A DNA stretch of 64,000 nucleotides. It comes from Trypanosoma brucei (Eukaryota). The DNA lies in NCBI GenBank assembly GCA_000002445.1, contig AL929603.2, positions 320,001-384,000 of the forward strand, written 5' to 3'. The stretch's first letter is position 1; each line of letters begins with the position of its first letter. The notes below the pieces were generated by a model. It was not told the DNA's origin. It ran no database searches and worked only from the letters and a program-made list of their open reading frames with translations. A program made the translations under genes and the position numbers. Below are positions 22,978 to 33,240 of this stretch, in pieces.

Positions 22978-25206
22978 ATGGCATGCAGTACCAAAAGGGA
23001 TGCGAGCGATATTCGAGACGGGAGAACTGAGCGGCGATTACCTGCCATTCCCCTTGATGCGTGGGCATTCCGCCGTATGGCACCTCAAGGCTCCATCACC
23101 CCAAGTGGCCTCATCACCGCAGATGTGGATGGTGACGGTGTGGAAGAGGTAATTATTGGCACAACAGAGGGGCAGTTGCTGTTGTTGAAGATGGGTTACA
23201 GGACACCCGTGTATTCTCGAACGATTCCTGCCACGATTTCTGTGGTTCTTTATAGCGCAAAGACGCTTCGTCTCCTTTTGGTGACACTGGAAGGACAATG
23301 TGAAGTGATAGAGGGATTCATTACTGGCAGTAAAACTATAGCCTGCTCATCTCGTGGTGGGTCTACGACATCTTCTCGCAAGAGGGATGAAGATGCAACC
23401 GCCGGTGTCATGGGTTCGGAGATGTGTTCTGGGGGAAGCCACAGCGGGGTCTACAGTGAATGTTTGGACAAGGAGTATCAACCCTGTGGGGCCTCTTACA
23501 TCTTTTCCATCCCGCCAAACTGCATTTGCGGTGATATTGGCGTCGATGAGAAAAGCGGCGAGGGAAACATTGTTTTCTTGGGATCATATGATGGTCATGT
23601 GTACGTTTATTCCGTTTCGCCTCTTGGTGAACGGCTTGGGTTGCTTTTTCTTCACTCCCATGTTTCCTCCATAAAATCGTTTATTGTGCCGGCCAACGGG
23701 ACTGCACTGCCACCTTCCAGAGATGACCACCTTACGTGCGCGGAAAGCAGCAGCACTACTACAGCATCATTTACGATGGAAACCTGGCGCAGATGCTCCT
23801 TATTGCTCGTCTGCTGCAGCCAGCGTATCGTATTGCTTGGTGCCTCTCGGGAGGAAATAATGCACTGGCAGGGGCACCATCAACCTCGAACGGTTTCGAT
23901 GGTTGGGTACGTGTGTGAGGGATGTGCAGCAACCTCGGCGTGCATGCGACCCACAGATGCTGTAGGCTCTTTGACTATAGGAATGGAGACTCCGCTTTCT
24001 GACAGTAGCACTTCTTTAAACAAAACGGCACCATTGGAACCCAAGTGGCAGTTTCCACTTTATCATTTGTCGAAGAGTAATGTACATCTTCCCACTGAGG
24101 AAGGTGGTAGACAGGTGGCCCCTCAGGAGGAAAGTACCGCCGAGTTGCACGCTCCGTGGTTGTTGCCCTGGAAATATTCGCAACATCAAGGCAGCTCAAA
24201 TGCCACGGTGACAACACTGGAAATTCAACAGTGTCGCCATTCTTATCAGCGGCAGCATGACAGTGTTGCCAGCACCAGCACAACACATGACCATGGGGAA
24301 TCATCTCCTAAGGTTAATGACGCGGACGTGATTATTCGCTCACCTGCAGCTGTAGATGTAGCAACTGCGCCACATGCTGCGCAGTTCGCCGTTGCCACGG
24401 AGGACGGTCGTTGGTTCATATTCGAAATGTTGCTCGCAGGTTCGAGCATTGGAACGGCTTCCCCGGGGCGAATAGGGGATGGGCCGGTTGAAGGCTCCAC
24501 ATCTTCATTCCGTGGGACGGTTGTGTGTTTAATGTCGGGTTGTGTCCAAGATGCCGGATTCGTTGAACGTGTTCGCGTCGTCAATGTAGGAAACGATGGG
24601 TTCCAGGCAATCTTCCTTTCCATGGACGGGACCTGTTATGCCCTTGATGCGCACAAAAATACCGTTGTCACATCACGGGTGAAGGCGGGTGCGCTTTCCT
24701 TTACCGTAATGGGGTGTGCTTCAGAAAATGGGGAAGCTGGATCCCCTGCCGGTAACACTGCCGCTGCTGCAATGCGTCAGAATGAGGCGCTCTCCAGTCT
24801 TGCTCCATGCGGATTTTCTCTCGTTAGTGTTGCTGTTGATGAGGTGGTGGTTTTGTCAATTGGTGGTGAATCGCATGAGTGGACTCCACCAACAGGTGCG
24901 GATGGTTTAGTTCGTGATCGTGGGTCCTCGGCGCTTCAAACGCGCATATCTACGAATGAGGGCGGTCGTGGTATCCATGAAGGTAGTGAACAGTCAAATC
25001 GAAAGCTCCTTGACCAAACGGAAAACGATGCACCCGATGAAGATGCTGTAATGTTGAAGCTCGGCGCCCTGCTTCTAAAAGGTAGCCATAACCCCGGGGA
25101 TGTTGAGCGTTTCTCGGAGGAGTACCGGCGTTTTGTTGCTCGGAAGTTTTGTGCGTTTGGCCTCACACAGAAGGAGTGGAGGATGCTTCAGCAGCTGGGC
25201 GAGTAG
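22978..25206 (+). CDS. Beta-propeller protein with FG-GAP/integrin-alpha-type repeats. It may be a BBSome-type subunit, but this is uncertain.
   Basis: ITADVDGDGVEEVIIGTTEGQLLLL and GSYDGHVYVYS are FG-GAP-like repeats. The track ORF starts at TTG 22969; the first ATG is 22978. Confidence 0.35.
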   Translation: MACSTKRDASDIRDGRTERRLPAIPLDAWAFRRMAPQGSITPSGLITADVDGDGVEEVIIGTTEGQLLLLKMGYRTPVYSRTIPATISVVLYSAKTLRLLLVTLEGQCEVIEGFITGSKTIACSSRGGSTTSSRKRDEDATAGVMGSEMCSGGSHSGVYSECLDKEYQPCGASYIFSIPPNCICGDIGVDEKSGEGNIVFLGSYDGHVYVYSVSPLGERLGLLFLHSHVSSIKSFIVPANGTALPPSRDDHLTCAESSSTTTASFTMETWRRCSLLLVCCSQRIVLLGASREEIMHWQGHHQPRTVSMVGYVCEGCAATSACMRPTDAVGSLTIGMETPLSDSSTSLNKTAPLEPKWQFPLYHLSKSNVHLPTEEGGRQVAPQEESTAELHAPWLLPWKYSQHQGSSNATVTTLEIQQCRHSYQRQHDSVASTSTTHDHGESSPKVNDADVIIRSPAAVDVATAPHAAQFAVATEDGRWFIFEMLLAGSSIGTASPGRIGDGPVEGSTSSFRGTVVCLMSGCVQDAGFVERVRVVNVGNDGFQAIFLSMDGTCYALDAHKNTVVTSRVKAGALSFTVMGCASENGEAGSPAGNTAAAAMRQNEALSSLAPCGFSLVSVAVDEVVVLSIGGESHEWTPPTGADGLVRDRGSSALQTRISTNEGGRGIHEGSEQSNRKLLDQTENDAPDEDAVMLKLGALLLKGSHNPGDVERFSEEYRRFVARKFCAFGLTQKEWRMLQQLGE

Positions 25207-25280
25207 TTGCCGCGTTGCATACGTGTGAACTCACTTCATTGACGAGTTTTAGCTTGTCATTTTGGTCTCTTTTTGACAAA

Positions 25281-25301
25281 CACACACACACACACACACA
25301 C
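25281..25301. repeat. (CA)n microsatellite. A second one is at 17221-17240 and a (GT)n at 9285-9310.
   Basis: cacacacacacacacacacac, directly visible. Confidence 0.7.
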
Positions 25302-25784
25302 GACATACCGGTGTCGAGATATTTTTTCCTTTATCTGCTTTTACTTATCGTTAACTCACAGTGCACGTGCATACGTCACCTGTTTTTTTTCTTTTTCCCT
25401 CTTCTATTTCGCCGTTGCCTGATACCCACTACCACACAGTTGGCCTTGTTCGCTCTCTGAGCTTTCGTGCAAGGGAGGGGGTTTCAAAAAAAAAAAAAAG
25501 ACGAAAAGAATAAAGCCGAAACAAAGTAATTTTGTAAGTGGCACGACGCACAAGTCGTATACCTTCCTTTGGCTGGCTTTTGCCGGTTCTTTAGATTACA
25601 CGCCGCTTCAGTGAGGGTTTCTGTGGGGGGGGGGGAGGGAGGTAAAGGGTGAAGCACAAGAAGGTGTGTGAGGCTGCGTAATTTTAGAACGGTTAACCGT
25701 GCGCGAAAAGCCATCAAGTCACCCAGCGGGGACAATTTTGTTATCGATAACGCTCTCCCTCCAATCATTTGACCACCCCGATTC

Positions 25785-28445
25785 ATGCAAACATCGCGAC
25801 CCTCTGCCGATAATGTCCACGTTTCGTGTAGGTTTCGACCCCTTAGTTCAGGTGAGCGGAATGGCGGGTTGTGTGTTCATCTCGAGGGGTCCAATCATGT
25901 CGTCTGCAGAGTTCAATCTTGTCAGCGGCTCGGGCGGTCCAATGGAGCCCCAAGGCAGCAACCGATTCCCTGCAACTCGGTAGGTGGAGATGGCTTCAAC
26001 CGATTTCCCTCTGCAGACACTGCAGTTGATCAATATCGTTTTTCCTTCGCGCGTGTTTACCCACCAGAGGTGGGGCAGGACGAAATTTATAATGAGGTTG
26101 CACGTCCCATAGTGAAGGATGTAATGAAGGGTTACAATGGAACTTTGCTTGTTTACGGCCAAACGGGAAGTGGGAAGACGCATACCATGTTTGGTGCTGG
26201 TGAAGCAGTGGGTAGGGAAAGAAGTGGAACCATCAGCACAGCTTTATACGGCACCGCTGGCGATGACCGTGGACCCGTACGAGCACAGGGCGGACGTGCG
26301 AATGTTAATGCGGGTATCATCCCCCGTGCCGTCAATCAAATCTTTGATATGATCCATAGTGCTGACGAGGCGTTAGAATTTGAGATACGAGCAATGTTCG
26401 TTGAGGTGTACATGGAGCGTGTTCGAGATCTTCTTGACCACGGAAACCTCAATCTTCAGGTACGTGAGGGCCCTTCAGGTTTTTATGTGGAAAATTGTAA
26501 GTTACCGTACGTGTCAAGCGCAGAGGAGATGATGCAGCTTATCAACTCAGGCGTGTGTCGCAGAGTTACCGCGGCCACAGCCTGCAATGAAGCGAGCAGC
26601 CGTAGCCACTGTGTGTTGAACATCACAGTTAAGAGTGTCAACCACACGAAGCACGTTGCAACTGTTGGGAAACTGTTTCTGGTTGACCTTGCGGGGAGTG
26701 AAAAAGTTGCCAAGACCCATGTGGATGGAATGCAGCTGGAAGAAGCAAAAATGATAAACAAGTCACTCACAACTCTTGGTCATGTGATCATGAGCCTAGC
26801 AGACAAACAGGCCCACGTGCCGTACCGTGACAGCAAACTTACACGAATCCTCAAAGACTCTCTTGGAGGCAATTCACGAACGGCACTTGTAGTGTGCTGT
26901 AGTCCTTCACAATTTAATGATCAGGAGACGTTATCGACATTGCGCTTTGGAGCGCGCGCACAGAACGTTTGCAACGTAGCGATTGTCAATAAACAACTTA
27001 CCGCGGAGGAGCTGAAGGGTATGCTGGACCTTGCCCGAGTGGAGATAAAGAGACTTCGAAAGCTGCTCCATGATATGGGTGTCACTGTTCCCAGTAGCGG
27101 AAACCACGGTGGTGAGGAGATTAGTGACTGTTTTAGTGGCGTGGCTGAATCTTCCTGTGGAGGCGAGACTTTCGCAACTCGCGTTGCAAGCCCGTGCGAC
27201 ACTGCAGTTCCGGGCCCACATTCTGAAGCGTCGGCGGTGGGGCATCTGGAAGAAACAGACGCTGTTATTAATGCCGACGGGGTGGTGGATGAGAGCTCCG
27301 TAAATGAGGGGGATGTGGTGCGGCGAGGGATTTACGATGAATTGTCGGGGGAGGGTATAAGTCCGGAAGTTAGTCACCTGCACGACAACCCGTGTGTGTC
27401 TCAAGGAACTACCGAAGCTATTCGTAACCAATTAGCCGAACAAGCAGCGCTGATTAAATTGTTGAGGGAGGAGAACGCTGTTTGGGAAGAGGAACACATG
27501 ATCGCTGTACGAGAATTGTATGGCTACAGACGCTACGCCGAGCATTGCCGCGAGGTCTTGGGCGAGGTGAGCATTACGGGGGATGTTGTATCTCGACGTA
27601 TTTCTTCATACAGAGAGCGAGTTCTCGCTATTGTCGCAAAGCTTTGCAGTCATTCGGATACAACAGAAGATAATTTAGCCACACAGAGCAATGAGTACCC
27701 TAACCAGATTAAGGAGGGGCGATCCTTGGTTGAATTGGGAGCAACACGCGAGACTTGTTCTTCGGTTTCTAACAACCTTTCCCAACCCTTGTTATCATCT
27801 CATATAAGCAGTCGGACAACTATGTGTTCCTTACCAGCTCTTGGTGACGGTACTGCAGGAAATAATAATACAATCACTGGGTCGATGGAACTTGCATGTG
27901 CTAGTGTTGAGTCCCCGAATGGAGACACCCTTCAAATCCGAAAAAAATATGAAGAGTTGCAGGGGCGTCTGGCACGCGCAATGGATGAAATTGAGAGGCT
28001 TCAAAGCACCAATAGTGTTTTATCACTGGATTTGCAGTTGGCGGAGAAACGGCTCCAAATTCGCCACGAACGCATTGAAAGCCTGAAGTTTGGGTTACGT
28101 CAGGAGTCTGCAAGTAACCAAGAGCTGCAGCAGAGTTTGGAAAGGCAAATGTCTGCTCACCGAACACAACTTCAGGCGGCGCGTAACGATGCGTTGTATT
28201 GGAGACAACGTTATGATGATTTATTGAACCACTGCCATACCAGCAGCAGCAGCAGAAAACCTCGTGCTACTCATATCAGCCCTATACGCCGGCGGAGCCT
28301 CACACCAACATTAGAAGGCGTGTTGGTAGCTCGAAGTCCATCTGCGCGTGCACCGCCATCATCAGTTGCTACGTCACCGGGGCGTGGTGTTATTGTTAAA
28401 CCCATACGTGGCGGCGGAAGCAAGTTGGAACACGCCTTTGCGTAA
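25785..28445 (+). CDS. Kinesin motor protein with an N-terminal motor domain and a long coiled-coil tail
   Basis: P-loop GQTGSGKT, switch I SSRSH and switch II VDLAGSE are all present. Coiled-coil heptads follow, e.g. RKKYEELQGRLARAMDEIERLQ. Confidence 0.85.
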   Translation: MQTSRPSADNVHVSCRFRPLSSGERNGGLCVHLEGSNHVVCRVQSCQRLGRSNGAPRQQPIPCNSVGGDGFNRFPSADTAVDQYRFSFARVYPPEVGQDEIYNEVARPIVKDVMKGYNGTLLVYGQTGSGKTHTMFGAGEAVGRERSGTISTALYGTAGDDRGPVRAQGGRANVNAGIIPRAVNQIFDMIHSADEALEFEIRAMFVEVYMERVRDLLDHGNLNLQVREGPSGFYVENCKLPYVSSAEEMMQLINSGVCRRVTAATACNEASSRSHCVLNITVKSVNHTKHVATVGKLFLVDLAGSEKVAKTHVDGMQLEEAKMINKSLTTLGHVIMSLADKQAHVPYRDSKLTRILKDSLGGNSRTALVVCCSPSQFNDQETLSTLRFGARAQNVCNVAIVNKQLTAEELKGMLDLARVEIKRLRKLLHDMGVTVPSSGNHGGEEISDCFSGVAESSCGGETFATRVASPCDTAVPGPHSEASAVGHLEETDAVINADGVVDESSVNEGDVVRRGIYDELSGEGISPEVSHLHDNPCVSQGTTEAIRNQLAEQAALIKLLREENAVWEEEHMIAVRELYGYRRYAEHCREVLGEVSITGDVVSRRISSYRERVLAIVAKLCSHSDTTEDNLATQSNEYPNQIKEGRSLVELGATRETCSSVSNNLSQPLLSSHISSRTTMCSLPALGDGTAGNNNTITGSMELACASVESPNGDTLQIRKKYEELQGRLARAMDEIERLQSTNSVLSLDLQLAEKRLQIRHERIESLKFGLRQESASNQELQQSLERQMSAHRTQLQAARNDALYWRQRYDDLLNHCHTSSSSRKPRATHISPIRRRSLTPTLEGVLVARSPSARAPPSSVATSPGRGVIVKPIRGGGSKLEHAFA

Positions 28446-29740
28446 AGGAAGAGAAGTAGCCATCGCATGACATCCTTGAACAAATTACCGCTGAATTTAG
28501 TAATTCGAAAGAGAAGGAAAATAATTGATAATAAGGAAACAGCAGTGCGTTTGGTTAGGGACTATATAATGCTTACACAGATATACATGTGGGACGTGCG
28601 CCAGTGTATTTTGTCTTGTTCGGCGGTTTTTTTGGGGGGGGAAGGAGGCTTGACTGCGGTCTCAAAATCATTAAAACCGGTTGAGATTTGTTCGGTGGAT
28701 ATATATATATATATATATATATGTTTCAACCCTTATGTTTCTTTTTCACCTTTTTTTTCTTTTCATCTGTCGTAAAGTTCGTATGCTGGACACGAGGTAA
28801 GAATAAGGTTCGTTACCCCTCAGTCAGTCTCTTTCCGTCTGGCTTTGTTTTTCTCATAGCCATTTTTACCTTGTTTCTATTACTGTTCTTGCAAACACAT
28901 TATTTTTTACACACATACCAAAAGAAAAAGAAAGATGGAGAAGAGAGAAACGAAACAGAAAAGGGAAGCAGCCGCAACCTACTCCACTGTTTATCCGTGT
29001 GCTGTACCCCCTCCCTTAAATTTAAATCATCTTTTGCATTGGCGTGTGAATGGAATGTGATGGGTGGTGGTGTCTAGATTTTGTTCAATGTGCCTTTTTT
29101 TTTTTAAATTTCTTCGCTGTTGTTGTACACTAAGTGATGCAAAGGGCATTTGTTTTTTGTTTTTTTTACCCCCAAACTCACGGGGATTTTCCTTATTTGT
29201 GCAGACTTCGTTATTTAGATGCGACGAAGTGGAGCGTCCGCAATGGGATATGGAAGTATGCCCTCTTGCATAACTTTCATTCCCCTGTATTTATTGTAAC
29301 TTTAAAAAAAAAACTTCTGTCAAGGAACTGTGGTTGAACAAGTAAAATGTATGATTTTCTTGTTTTTAAAGTGTGTAGGAAGGTGTGAGCCAGTAACAGC
29401 ACAAACACTTTAAATTCCTCATTGAATCTCTGGAGAGGGTTAGAGCTGTGTTTTCAACGCAGTTATTTTCCTCATGGATTCGTTTCAGTTCGATTTTTGT
29501 ATTAATTAGTTTGCGGTCGGGTGGTGTGTGTGTGTGTATGTGATTCGGCGGTGAAAGTTTGAGAGTTGGTGGAGATGGTGGCAAGTACGAGGAATGATTC
29601 AAATAAATAAAAAACAGTGCAACTGAAGGTGAAAGGAAATGGGCATGCAAAGGAGTCATGAGTCTGTGGTGCGCTGCACTGTTTCACCATATCCAGTGGG
29701 GAGTTATCACGTTTAAAAAAAAACATAGATTGTTTAATAT

Positions 29741-29774
<34 letters not shown>

Positions 29775-30094
29775 GCTTTCTCTCTCACACACACACACTA
29801 TTTTCCTCTTATTTTGAGTATTTCACAATCCCACAAATGCCCAGATGAAATAGAACCAAGGCATCTATACCCATTATTTGCATGCGCGCACTCTCCTTCT
29901 TTGCTCATCTGTCGTTGCTCCCCCCACGTTACTGTGTTGATCAAACGCCAAATAACTTCTTACTCATCGCTTTTGCTTTTCTCATCGCTTCCCTGCGTTA
30001 TAAACAGTCGGGGTGTGAAGAGTTGTTTACAGCGTCTCGAACAGAGCGAAAAGGAAAGAAGGGAGAAAAGGAGAAGTGTGCGTGTGTGTAACAT

Positions 30095-32134
30095 ATGCAG
30101 TATCGTGAGTATCGCGTGCATCATGCCGCCCCTGACGGTATTCTTGTGCAACTTCCAGGGAATGGCGGCTTTGGTAAATTGACTGTAGAAACACTAGGAG
30201 GAGATGCATTAGCCGCTGCACTTCTCAAACGATTTGCCACTAATGATCACATCCGTGCCGTGGCGCGTCCAACGCGTGATGTTCACCACTACCGGCTGCT
30301 TAGCGTACAGTTGCTGGAGTTGTGGAGCGGAGCGGCTACTTACCCAGCCCCGGTGTTGTCTCTCCTCCTGCAGTTATTTCGCAAACACGCACTCATCGGT
30401 CTCGGGACGACTGCAATGGCTCGTGTAGTGAAATCTTCACCCGAGAAGGGTGTCGTCTTATCCCTTCCTGGTGGCATTCCCGCTGTTGCAGTGCTGGAAA
30501 ATGTTAGTGAGGAAGCTGGGGCAGTTGAAGTACGGTTGCTTAACTACGATGTCCAGGTTGATGTGGTCAATGTGACAGTGCAATATGATGTTGTTGAACG
30601 TACACCGAGTGATGTAGATGCGCTGCAGAAACTTCTTACATCGGTTACTGCGGGAAGCGTCGTCTCCGCAACTGTACTCGTTTCATGTACGGATGACAAT
30701 TGCGCTATCGTGGAGGTCCCATGCGGTGACGAGTGCAGCGTAATCGGGTACTACATTTATAACTGGCCGGGTTTAAGTGCTGCAGGAGACGAAAAGCCAG
30801 TTGTGGGGAGTTGCCTTCAGCTTACTGTGGAGTTTGTGCCCGAGGAGCCCGCACTGCAGGATGTTTTACCGTTTTTCGTGCTCTCCCGCCGTCAACACTT
30901 TGCAGGCCTTCCCGCAGTTCGTTGTGCTATACTTCCAAACACGTCTACACCGCACGCCACAGTGGGGCTAGTTGGCCGTTTTCCGTGGCGTGACAAAAAG
31001 CGGGATCGCCGACCAGAGGTGGAGGATATTAATGATCCGGATGATGATGATAGTGACGACGACGAGAACACAAACGTGAATCGAAGTAAAATTCGCAAGC
31101 GAAAACTGGAGGAAACCATTGATGCATACGAGCGGTCGATGGAGACAGCAGTTCCTTCTTCTTCGGAAGAGTTCCAGCGGCTCTTGCTTGCATCTCCCAA
31201 CAACAGTTACCTTTGGGTACAGTGGATGACTCATCATGTATCGTTGCAGCAGTTCGAGGAGGCGCGCCTCGTGGCGGAGAAGGCATTGACTACAATTGGC
31301 GTGCGTGAAACGCAGGAGCGGCTGAATGTGTGGGTTGCGTACATGAATCTGGAGAACCTTCATGGTACAGCAGAGTCTTTGGCATCTGTTTTCAAACGAG
31401 CGTTGCGGCATGCCCTTGATGAACTCGTTGTGTATGAGCGACTTGCTGACATATTCTCAGCAACACGAAAGTTCAACCAACTGCTATCCTTGTGCCGGGC
31501 TATGGTGTCGAAGAACCGCAAGGTGCCGCGTGTGTGGGAACGGCTTGGCACTGTTCTCATTGATCATAACAAAAGGGATCAGCTGAAGCGGGTCCTAAAG
31601 GATATGAGTGACGCCCTTAAACGTGATGAGTATGCATTAGTAGTTGTACACCTCGGGGTTCATGAGTATAGAAACGGGAGCGTTGAGAATGGTCGTGCTC
31701 TGTTTGAAGGGTTGCTGCTTCGCATGCCCAAGAAGTCTGACGTTTGGTCCGTGTATTTGGATCAAGAACTGGGGCTTCTCGCGCGAAGGTCAGAAGTTGC
31801 ATCAGCCGTGTTCGTGAGGGGCTTGTTTGAGCGTGCAGTTTCCACAAGTTTTTCCGCGAAGGTGATGCAGCAGGTATTAACGCGCTTCATGTCATTTGAG
31901 CGGGCGCACGGCACGCCGGCAGACGTCGAGAAGGTGAAGGCCCGGGCGCGAAGTTATGTGGAGGCAAAAATTAGTGCATCGGTTGGAAGCGTAGACCCCA
32001 CCGTGAAGACTGGAGGTGTGAGCGTGAAGAAGGGAGCAACCAAAGACTTTAACGCGACATCTGCAAGCGCTAAGGGTTCGAGCGTTAGTGATGAGGCAAC
32101 AGATAAACATTATGATGGTGAGGCGGAAGAGTGA
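30095..32134 (+). CDS. HAT (half-a-TPR) repeat protein resembling the C-terminal module of the rRNA biogenesis factor RRP5
   Basis: An acidic linker DPDDDDSDDDEN is followed by HAT-like repeats (SYLWVQWMTHHVSLQQFEEAR..., VWVAYMNLE..., VWSVYLDQE...). At 679 aa it is far shorter than canonical RRP5. Confidence 0.5.
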   Translation: MQYREYRVHHAAPDGILVQLPGNGGFGKLTVETLGGDALAAALLKRFATNDHIRAVARPTRDVHHYRLLSVQLLELWSGAATYPAPVLSLLLQLFRKHALIGLGTTAMARVVKSSPEKGVVLSLPGGIPAVAVLENVSEEAGAVEVRLLNYDVQVDVVNVTVQYDVVERTPSDVDALQKLLTSVTAGSVVSATVLVSCTDDNCAIVEVPCGDECSVIGYYIYNWPGLSAAGDEKPVVGSCLQLTVEFVPEEPALQDVLPFFVLSRRQHFAGLPAVRCAILPNTSTPHATVGLVGRFPWRDKKRDRRPEVEDINDPDDDDSDDDENTNVNRSKIRKRKLEETIDAYERSMETAVPSSSEEFQRLLLASPNNSYLWVQWMTHHVSLQQFEEARLVAEKALTTIGVRETQERLNVWVAYMNLENLHGTAESLASVFKRALRHALDELVVYERLADIFSATRKFNQLLSLCRAMVSKNRKVPRVWERLGTVLIDHNKRDQLKRVLKDMSDALKRDEYALVVVHLGVHEYRNGSVENGRALFEGLLLRMPKKSDVWSVYLDQELGLLARRSEVASAVFVRGLFERAVSTSFSAKVMQQVLTRFMSFERAHGTPADVEKVKARARSYVEAKISASVGSVDPTVKTGGVSVKKGATKDFNATSASAKGSSVSDEATDKHYDGEAEE

Positions 32135-33240
32135 GTGTTGTGGCGGTGGCCACAGCAGGACTGTGGCGAAATGTGGGGCCTGTACGCCCACAAGAACAAT
32201 GAAGGGCATCCTCCTCTCGCTTTTTTCATCATGGTTATAATAAAGAGGAGTGAAATTACAGCTGCGTCGTTCGTTCCTTCGAATAAGCTCTCCAGTCTCA
32301 AGAAATGTTGTTCGTTTAACAATAGCGGAGGTGTAACCCTGTTGGTTACCCTGCTGCGTTTGTTATGTCATTTTGTGAAGCTAGGAAATGAGTAAACAAA
32401 TAATGAAAAGGCGGAGGTGAACAAACGTGTAAAAATGTTTCTGAGTAAAGGAAAGGGAAACCTTATAACAGCGCACAATTTAAGTGTGTGGGTTTGTCAC
32501 CCAGTGACGAGCAAATATTTTCGCTTCTCTTTAACATTGGTGTCCTTTCCCTTTTGCTGTGACACACAAACCGAACCGCTTACACTTCTTCAAAAATCCT
32601 TCATCTTTCTTCTTTCTCTAGGGCGCCTTGTCAGCGGGATAGTTTTCTTCCGTGTATTGTTTGCGTCTCCGTAGCTGAACCCCTCTTTTTTGTAGTCCTT
32701 CGTCCCTTTGTGTAACTTCCCTCATACTGTTGCGGTTGAGGAGACGTGATTCGGGTCCGTGTCCCCGTTTTTAGAAAACTGAGGCTGGAGGGGAATACAT
32801 TTTTTTTGTTTTATATAGAAAGAGATTGGAGAAGAGGAGGAGAATATCTAAGAAAGAAAGAGGGCGAATTATCGCGGCCACACCCGCCGAAGTAACATCA
32901 TCGCGCGGAAAGGGCATTGAGGACTTCAGAAGGAAGCAAAGAAAGTCAAATTCTACAGGAAGAGAACGGCTCTTTCTTAAATAAGAGGGGAGTGAAGAGT
33001 AGGAAGGAGTGGTTGGTGAGTGTGAGGGGGACGACAATTACAATTAGCCACTAAATAATAATAATAATATTAACAGCTACTGCGATCGCCTTAACGAGTG
33101 AATAGACAGTAAGGAAGAGGGATAGAAACAAGGGCCGAGGAAGGATAACCAGAAGAGAATAACAATCCTCGTTCTTCAGAGACAACAGTAACAAGTACAG
33201 GTGCGAGACTAAATATAGTTTTTTTTATTTCATCGTAGGG

